Shown: positions 55,001-64,000 of the stretch, one piece after another
How positions within the stretch are numbered: the stretch's first letter is position 1
Layout of the letters: each line of letters opens with the position of its first letter
From: Eledone cirrhosa
Taxonomy: Eukaryota
Length of the DNA: 64,000 nt
Assembly (NCBI GenBank): GCA_964016885.1
Contig: OZ024741.1
Location: 29,388,001-29,452,000, forward strand
Reading direction: 5' to 3'
Program-made: the position numbers and the translations under genes
Notes under the pieces: model-generated
Database searches by the model: none
What the model saw: the letters and a program-made list of their open reading frames with translations, nothing else
What the model was told of the DNA's origin: nothing

Positions 55001-58000
55001 CCTGTACTATAGATTGGTATTGTGTAGGTGACACCTGTACTATAGATTGGTATTGTGTAGGTGAAACCAGTACTATAGATTAGTATTGTGTAGGTGACAC
55101 CAGTACTATAGATTGGTATTGTGTAGGTGACACCTGTACTATGGATTGATATCGTGTAGGTGACACCAGTAATATAGATTAGTATTGTGTAGGTGACACC
55201 AGTACTATAGATTGGTATTGTGTAGGTGACACCAGTACTATAGATTGGTATTGTGTAGGTGACACCAGTACTATAGATTGGTATTATGTAGGTGAAATCT
55301 GTTCTATAGATTGGTATTGTATAGGTGACACCAGTACTATAGATTGGTATTGTGTAGGTGACACCACTACTATAGATTAGTATTGTGTAGGTGACACCAG
55401 TACTATAGATTTGTATTGTGTAGGTGACATCAGTACTATAGATTGGTATTGTGTAGGTGACATCAGTACTATAGATTAGTATTGTGTAGGTGACACCAGT
55501 ACTATAGATTGGTATTGTGTAGGTGACATCAGTACTATAGATTGGTATTGTGTAGGTGGCATCAGTACTATAGATTTGTATTGTGTAGGTGACATCAGTA
55601 CTATAGATTGGTATTGTATAGGTGACACCAGTACTATAGATTGATATTGTGTTGGTGACACCAGTACTATAGATTGGTATTGCGTAGGTGAGACCAGTAC
55701 TATAGATTGGTATTGTGTAGGTGACATCAGTACTATAGATTGGTATTTTGTAGGTGACATGAGTACTATAGATTTGTATTGTGTAGGTGACATGAGTACT
55801 ATAGATTGGTATTGTGTAGGTGACACAAGTACTATAGATTAGTATTGTGTAGGTGACACCAGTACTATAGATTGGTATTGTGTAGGTGACATCAGTACTA
55901 TAGATTAGTATTGTGTAGGTGACACCAGTACTATAGATTAGTATTGTGTAGGTGACATGAGTACTATAGATTGGTATTGTGCATGTGACATCAGTACTAT
56001 AGATTTGTATTGTGTAGGTGACATCAGTACTATAGATTGGTATTGTGTAGGTGACATCAGTACTATAGATTGGTATTGTGTAGGTGACATCAGTACTATA
56101 GATTGGTATTGTGTAGGTGACATCAGTACTATAGATTGGTATTGTGTAGGTGACACCAGTACTATAGATTAGTATTGTGTAGGTGACACCAGTACTATAG
56201 ATTAGTATTGTGTAGGTGACACCAGTACTATAGATTAGTATTGTGTAGGTGACACCAGTACTATAGATTAGTATTGTGTAGGTGACACCAGTACTATAGA
56301 TTGGTATTGTGTAGGTGACATCAGTACTATAGATTAGTATTGTGTAGGTGACACCATTACTATAGATTAGTATTGTGCAGGTGACACCACTACTATAGAT
56401 TGGTATTGTGTAGGTGACATCAGTATTATAGATTGGTATAGTGTAGGTGACACCAGTACTAAAGATTGGTATTGTGTAGGTGACACCTGTACTATAGATT
56501 GGTATTGTGTAGGTGACACCAGTACTATAGATTAGTATTGTGTAGGTGACACCAGTACTATAGATTGGTATTGTGTAGGTGACACCAGTACTATAGATTG
56601 GTATTGTGTAGGTGACACCTGTACTATAGATTGGTATTGTGTAGGTGACATCAGTACTATAGATTGGTATTGTGTAGGTGACATCAGTACTATAGATTAG
56701 TATTGTGTAGGTGACACCATTACTATAGATTAGTATTGTGTAGGTGACACCAGTACTTTAGATAGGTATTGTGTAGGTGACATCAGTATTATAGATTGGT
56801 ATTGTGTAGGTGACACCAGTACTATAAATTGGTATTGTGTAGGTGACATCAGTACTATAGATTGGTATTGTATAGGTGACACCAGTAATATAGATTGGTA
56901 TTGTGTAGGTGACATCAGTACTATAGATTAGTATTGTATAGGTGACACCAGTACTATAGATTGGTATTGTGTAGGTGACACCAGTACTATAGATTAGTAT
57001 TGTGTAGGTGACACCAGTACTATAGATTTGTATTGTGTAGGTGACATCAGTACTATAGATTGGTATTGTGTAGGTGATATCAGTACTATAGATTTGTATC
57101 GTGTAGGTGACATCAGTACTATAGATTGGTATTGTGTAGGTGACATCAGTATGATAGATTTGTATTGTGTAGGTGACACCAGTACTATAGATTGGTATTG
57201 TGTAGGTGACACCAGTACTATAGATTGGTATTGCGTAGGTGACACCAGTACTATAGATTAGTATTGTGTAGGTGACACCTGTACTATAGATTGGTATTGC
57301 GTAGGTGACATCAATACTATAGATTGTGTAGGTGACATCAGTACTATAGATTAGTATTGTGTAGGTGACACCAGTACTATAGATTGGTATTGTGTAGGTG
57401 ACACCAATACTATAGATTGGTATTGTGTAGGTGACACCAGTACTATAGATTGGTATTGTGTAGGTGAGACCAATACTATAGATTGGTATTGTGTAGGTGA
57501 CACCAGTACTATAGATTGGTATTGTATAGGTGACACCAGTACTATAGATTAGTATTGTGTAGGTGACATCAGTACTATAGATCAGTATTGTGTAGGTGAC
57601 ACCAGTACTATAGATTGGTATTGTGTAGGTGACACCAGTACTATAGATTGGTATTGTGTAGGTGACACCTGTACTATAGATTGGTATTGTGTAGGTGACA
57701 CCAGTACTATAGATTGGTATTGTGTAGGTGACACCAGTACTATAGATTGGTATTGTGTAGGTGACACCTGTACTATAGATTGGTATTGTGTAGGTGACAC
57801 CTGTACTATAGATTGGTATTGTGTAGGTGAAACCAGTACTATAGATTAGTATTGTGTAGGTGACACCAGTACTATAGATTGGTATTGTGTAGGTGACACC
57901 TGTACTATGGATTGGTATCGTGTAGGTGACACCAGTCATATAGATTAGTATTGTGTAGGTGACACCAGTACTATAGATTGGTATTGTGTAGGTGACACCA

Positions 58001-61000
58001 GTACTATAGATTGGTATTGTGTAGGTGACACCAGTACTATAGATTGGTATTATGTAGGTGAAATCTGTACTATAGATTGGTATTGTATAGGTGACACCAG
58101 TACTATAGATTGGTATTGTGTAGGTGACACCAGTACTATAGATTAGTATTGTGTAGGTGACACCAGTACTATAGATTTGTATTGTGTAGGTGACATCAGT
58201 ACTATAGATTGGTATTGTGTAGGTGACATCAGTACTATAGATTAGTATTGTGTAGGTGACACCAGTACTATAGATTGGTATTGTGTAGGTGACATCAGTA
58301 CTATAGATTGGTATTGTGAAGGTGACATCAGTACTATAGATTTGTATTGTGTAGGTGACATCAGTACTATAGATTGGTATTGTATAGGTGACACCAGTAC
58401 TATAGATTGATATTGTGTAGGTGACACCAGTACTATAGATTGGTATTGCGTAGGTGAGACCAGTACAATAGATTGGTATTGTGTAGGTGACATCAGTACT
58501 ATAGATTGGTATTGTGTAGGTGACATGAGTACTATAGATTTGTATTGTGTAGGTGACATGAGTACTATAGATTGGTATTGTGTAGGTGACACAAGTACTA
58601 TAGATTAGTATTGTGTAGGTGACACCAGTACTATAGATTGGTATTGTGTAGGTGACATCAGTACTATAGATTATTATTGTGTAGGTGACACCATTACTAT
58701 AGATTAGTATTGTGTAGGTGACATCAGTACTATAGATTGGTATTGTGCAGGTGACATCAGTACTATAGATTTGTATTGTGTAGGTGACATCAGTACTATA
58801 GATTGGTATTGTGTAGGTGACATCAGTACTATAGATTGGTATTGTGTAGGTGACATCAGTACTATAGATTGGTATTGTGTAGGTGACATCAGTACTATAG
58901 ATTGGTATTGTGTAGGTGACACCAGTACTATAGATTAGTATTGTGTAGGTGACACCAGTACTATAGATTAGTATTGTGTAGGTGACACCAGTACTATAGA
59001 TTAGTATTGTGTAGGTGACACCAGTACTATAGATTGGTATTGTGTAGGTGACATCAGTACTATAGATTAGTATTGTGTAGGTGACACCATTACTATAGAT
59101 TAGTATTGTGTAGGTGACACCACTACTATAGATTGGTATTGTGTAGGTGACATCAGTATTATAGATTGGTATTGTGTAGGTGACACCAGTACTACAGATT
59201 GGTATTGTGTAGGTGACACCAGTACTATAGATTGGTATTGTGTAGGTGACACCAGTACTATAGATTGGTATTGTGTAGCTGACACCAGTACTATAGATTG
59301 GTATTGTGTAGGTGACATCAGTACTATAGATTAGTATTGTGTAGGTGACACCAGTACTCTAGATTGGTATTGTGTAGGTGACACCAGTACTAAAGATTAG
59401 TATTGTGCAGGTGACATCAGTACTATAGATTATTATTGTGTAGGTGACACCAGTACTATAGATTGGTATTGTGTAGGTGACACCAGTACTATAGATTGGT
59501 ATTGTGTAGGTGACACCAGTACTCTAGATTGGTATTGTGTAGGTGACACCAGTACTAAAGATTGGTATTGTGTAGGTGACACCAGTACTATAGATGGGTA
59601 TTGTGTAGGTGACATCAGTACTATAGATTGGTATTGTATAGATGACACCAGTACTATAGATTGGTATTGTGTAGGTGACACCAGTACTATAGATTGGTAT
59701 TGCGTAGGTGAGACCAGTACTATAGATTGGTATTGTGTAGGTGACACCAGTACTATAGATTGGTATTGTGTAGGTGACACCTGTACTATGGATTGGTATT
59801 GTGTAGGTGACACCAGTACTATAGATTGGTATTGTGTAGGTGACACCAGTACTATAGATTGGTATTGTGTAGGTGACACCAGTACTATAGATTGGTATTG
59901 TGTAGGTGACACCTGTACTATAGATTGGTATTGTGTAGGTGACACCAGTACTATAGATTGGTATTGTGTAGGTGACACCAGTACTATAGATTGGTATTGT
60001 GTAGGTGACACCTGTACTATAGATTGGTATTGTGTAGGTGACACCTGTACTATAGATTGGTATTGTGTAGGTGACACCAGTACTATAGATTAGTATTGTG
60101 TAGGTGACACCAGTACTATAGATTGGTATTGTGTAGGTGACACCTGTACTATAGATTGGTATTGTGTAGGTGAAATCTGTACTATAGTTTGGTATTGTAT
60201 AGGTGACACCAGTACTATAGATTGGTATTGTGTAGGTGACACCAGTACTATAGATTAGTATTGTGTAGGTGACACCAGTACTATAGATTTGTATTGTGTA
60301 GGTGACATCAGTACTATAGATTGGTATTGTGTAGGTGACATCAGTACTATAGATTAGTATTGTGTAGGTGACACCAGTACTATAGATAGGTATTGTGTAG
60401 GTGACACCAGTACTATAGATTAGTATTGTGTAGGTGACACCAGTACTATAGATTGGTATTGTGTAGGTGACATCAGTACTATAGATTGGTATTGTGTAGG
60501 TGACATCAGTACTATAGATTGGTATTGTGTAGGTGACATCAGTACTATAGATTGGTATTGTGTAGGTGACACCAGTACTATAGATTAGTATTGTGTAGGT
60601 GACACCAGTACTATAGATTAGTATTGTGTAGGTGACACCAGTACTATAGATTAGTATTGTGTAGGTGACACCAGTACTATAGATTAGTATTGTGTAGGTG
60701 ACACCAGTACTATAGATTGGTATTGTGTAGGTGACATCAGTACTATAGATTAGTATTGTGTAGGTGACACCAGTACTATAGATTAGTATTGTGTAGGTGA
60801 CATCAGTACTATAGATTGGTATTGTGTAGGTGACATCAGTACTATAGATTAGTATTGTGTAGGTGACACCATTACTATAGATTAGTATTGTGTAGGTGAC
60901 ACCAGTACTTTAGATAGGTATTGTGTAGGTGACATCAGTATTATAGATTGGTATTGTGTAGGTGACACCAGTACTATAAATTGGTATTGTGTAGGTGACA

Positions 61001-64000
61001 TCAGTACTATAGATTGGTATTGTATAGGTGACACCAGTAATATAGATTGGTATTGTGTAGGTGACATCAGTACTATAGATTAGTATTGTATAGGTGACAC
61101 CAGTACTATAGATTGGTATTGTGTAGGTGACACCAGTACTATAGATTAGTATTGTGTAGGTGACACCAGTACTATAGATTTGTATTGTGTAGGTGACATC
61201 AGTACTATAGATTGGTATTGTGTAGGTGATATCAGTACTATAGATTTGTATCGTGTAGGTGACATCAGTACTATAGATTGGTATTGTGTAGGTGACATCA
61301 GTATGATAGATTTGTATTGTGTAGGTGACACCAGTACTATAGATTGGTATTGTGTAGGTGACACCAGTACTATAGATTGGTATTGCGTAGGTGACACCAG
61401 TACTATAGATTAGTATTGTGTAGGTGACACCTGTACTATAGATTGGTATTGCGTAGGTGACATCAATACTATAGATTGTGTAGGTGACATCAGTACTATA
61501 GATTAGTATTGTGTAGGTGACACCAGTACTATAGATTGGTATTGTGTAGGTGACACCAATACTATAGATTGGTATTGTGTAGGTGACACCAGTACTATAG
61601 ATTGGTATTGTGTAGGTGAGACCAATACTATAGATTGGTATTGTGTAGGTGACACCAGTACTATAGATTGGTATTGTATAGGTGACACCAGTACTATAGA
61701 TTAGTATTGTGTAGGTGACATCAGTACTATAGATTAGTATTGTGTAGGTGACACCAGTACTATAGATTGGTATTGTGTAGGTGACACCCGTACTATAGAT
61801 TGGTATTGTGTAGGTGACACCTGTACTATAGATTGGTATTGTGTAGGTGACACCAGTACTATAGATTGGTATTGTGTAGGTGACACCAGTACTATAGATT
61901 GGTATTGTGTAGGTGACACCTGTACTATAGATTGGTATTGTGTAGGTGACACCTGTACTATAGATTGGTATTGTGTAGGTGAAACCAGTACTATAGATTA
62001 GTATTGTGTAGGTGACACCAGTACTATAGATTGGTATTGTGTAGGTGACACCTGTACTATGGATTGGTATCGTGTAGGTGACACCAGTAATATAGATTAG
62101 TATTGTGTAGGTGACACCAGTACTATAGATTGGTATTGTGTAGGTGACACCAGTACTATAGATTGGTATTGTGTAGGTGACACCAGTACTATAGATTGGT
62201 ATTATGTAGGTGAAATCTGTACTATAGATTGGTATTGTATAGGTGACACCAGTACTATAGATTGGTATTGTGTAGGTGACACCAGTACTATAGATTAGTA
62301 TTGTGTAGGTGACACCAGTACTATAGATTTGTATTGTGTAGGTGACATCAGTACTATAGATTGGTATTGTGTAGGTGACATCAGTACTATAGATTAGTAT
62401 TGTGTAGGTGACACCAGTACTATAGATTGGTATTGTGTAGGTGACATCAGTACTATAGATTGGTATTGTGAAGGTGACATCAGTACTATAGATTTGTATT
62501 GTGTAGGTGACATCAGTACTATAGATTGGTATTGTATAGGTGACACCAGTACTATAGATTGATATTGTGTAGGTGACACCAGTACTATAGATTGGTATTG
62601 CGTAGGTGAGACCAGTACAATAGATTGGTATTGTGTAGGTGACATCAGTACTATAGATTGGTATTGTGTAGGTGACATGAGTACTATAGATTTGTATTGT
62701 GTAGGTGACATGAGTACTATAGATTGGTATTGTGTAGGTGACACAAGTACTATAGATTAGTATTGTGTAGGTGACACCAGTACTATAGATTGGTATTGTG
62801 TAGGTGACATCAGTACTATAGATTATTATTGTGTAGGTGACACCATTACTATAGATTAGTATTGTGTAGGTGACATCAGTACTATAGATTGGTATTGTGC
62901 AGGTGACATCAGTACTATAGATTTGTATTGTGTAGGTGACATCAGTACTATAGATTGGTATTGTGTAGGTGACATCAGTACTATAGATTGGTATTGTGTA
63001 GGTGACATCAGTACTATAGATTGGTATTGTGTAGGTGACATCAGTACTATAGATTGGTATTGTGTAGGTGACACCAGTACTATAGATTAGTATTGTGTAG
63101 GTGACACCAGTACTATAGATTAGTATTGTGTAGGTGACACCAGTACTATAGATTAGTATTGTGTAGGTGACACCAGTACTATAGATTGGTATTGTGTAGG
63201 TGACATCAGTACTATAGATTAGTATTGTGTAGGTGACACCATTACTATAGATTAGTATTGTGTAGGTGACACCACTACTATAGATTGGTATTGTGTAGGT
63301 GACATCAGTATTATAGATTGGTATTGTGTAGGTGACACCAGTACTACAGATTGGTATTGTGTAGGTGACACCAGTACTATAGATTGGTATTGTGTAGGTG
63401 ACACCAGTACTATAGATTGGTATTGTGTAGCTGACACCAGTACTATAGATTGGTATTGTGTAGGTGACATCAGTACTATAGATTAGTATTGTGTAGGTGA
63501 CACCAGTACTCTAGATTGGTATTGTGTAGGTGACACCAGTACTAAAGATTAGTATTGTGCAGGTGACATCAGTACTATAGATTATTATTGTGTAGGTGAC
63601 ACCAGTACTATAGATTGGTATTGTGTAGGTGACACCAGTACTATAGATTGGTATTGTGTAGGTGACACCAGTACTCTAGATTGGTATTGTGTAGGTGACA
63701 CCAGTACTAAAGATTGGTATTGTGTAGGTGACACCAGTACTATAGATTGGTATTGTGTAGGTGACATCAGTACTATAGATTGGTATTGTATAGATGACAC
63801 CAGTACTATAGATTGGTATTGTGTAGGTGACACCAGTACTATAGATTGGTATTGCGTAGGTGAGACCAGTACTATAGATTGGTATTGTGTAGGTGACACC
63901 AGTACTATAGATTGGTATTGTGTAGGTGACACCAGTACTATAGATTAGTATTGTGTAGGTGACATCAGTACTATAGATAGGTATTGTGTAGGTGACACCA
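49006..64000. repeat. 33-bp satellite array (~450 monomers, runs off the window) with higher-order duplications
   Basis: Consensus TAGATTGGTATTGTGTAGGTGACACCAGTACTA. Variant patterns recur at offsets of 2766 and 4152 bp. Confidence 0.97.

Noticed and set aside
49006-64000. CRISPR-like array, or a repetitive protein (VSPTQYQSIVL / STGVTYTIPIY ORFs)
   Set aside because: Monomers are head-to-tail with no unique spacers and there are no cas genes. The ORFs arise because 33 is divisible by 3; frames are broken by stops and by at least one frameshifting indel.

Overview
Eukaryotic, AT- and microsatellite-rich DNA made almost entirely of repeats. The SINE, LINE and microsatellite content suggests an octopod cephalopod (inference). 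The centrepiece (26484-41247) is a young Penelope-like element (PLE) with an intact RT + GIY-YIG ORF (Hydra-clade-like). It sits between ~3-kb, microsatellite-packed, near-identical inverted arms, each carrying a type I hammerhead ribozyme (HHR) motif with a 115-nt stem II. The right arm is interrupted by an intact RTE LINE (APE, RT, three C2H2 fingers). Also present: other PLE fragments with at least six further HHR motifs; five R4/Dong-like RLE LINE fragments, all abutting (ATGT)n-type tracts; two other RTE LINEs; bipartite RTE-derived non-autonomous elements; CR1-like fragments; tRNA-derived SINEs; and hAT and piggyBac MITEs. There may be a host-gene 3' end at ~44.7-45.9 kb (minus strand). 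A 33-bp satellite with multi-kb higher-order duplications runs from 49006 to the window end. All structures were read by eye; no searches or folding programs were run.
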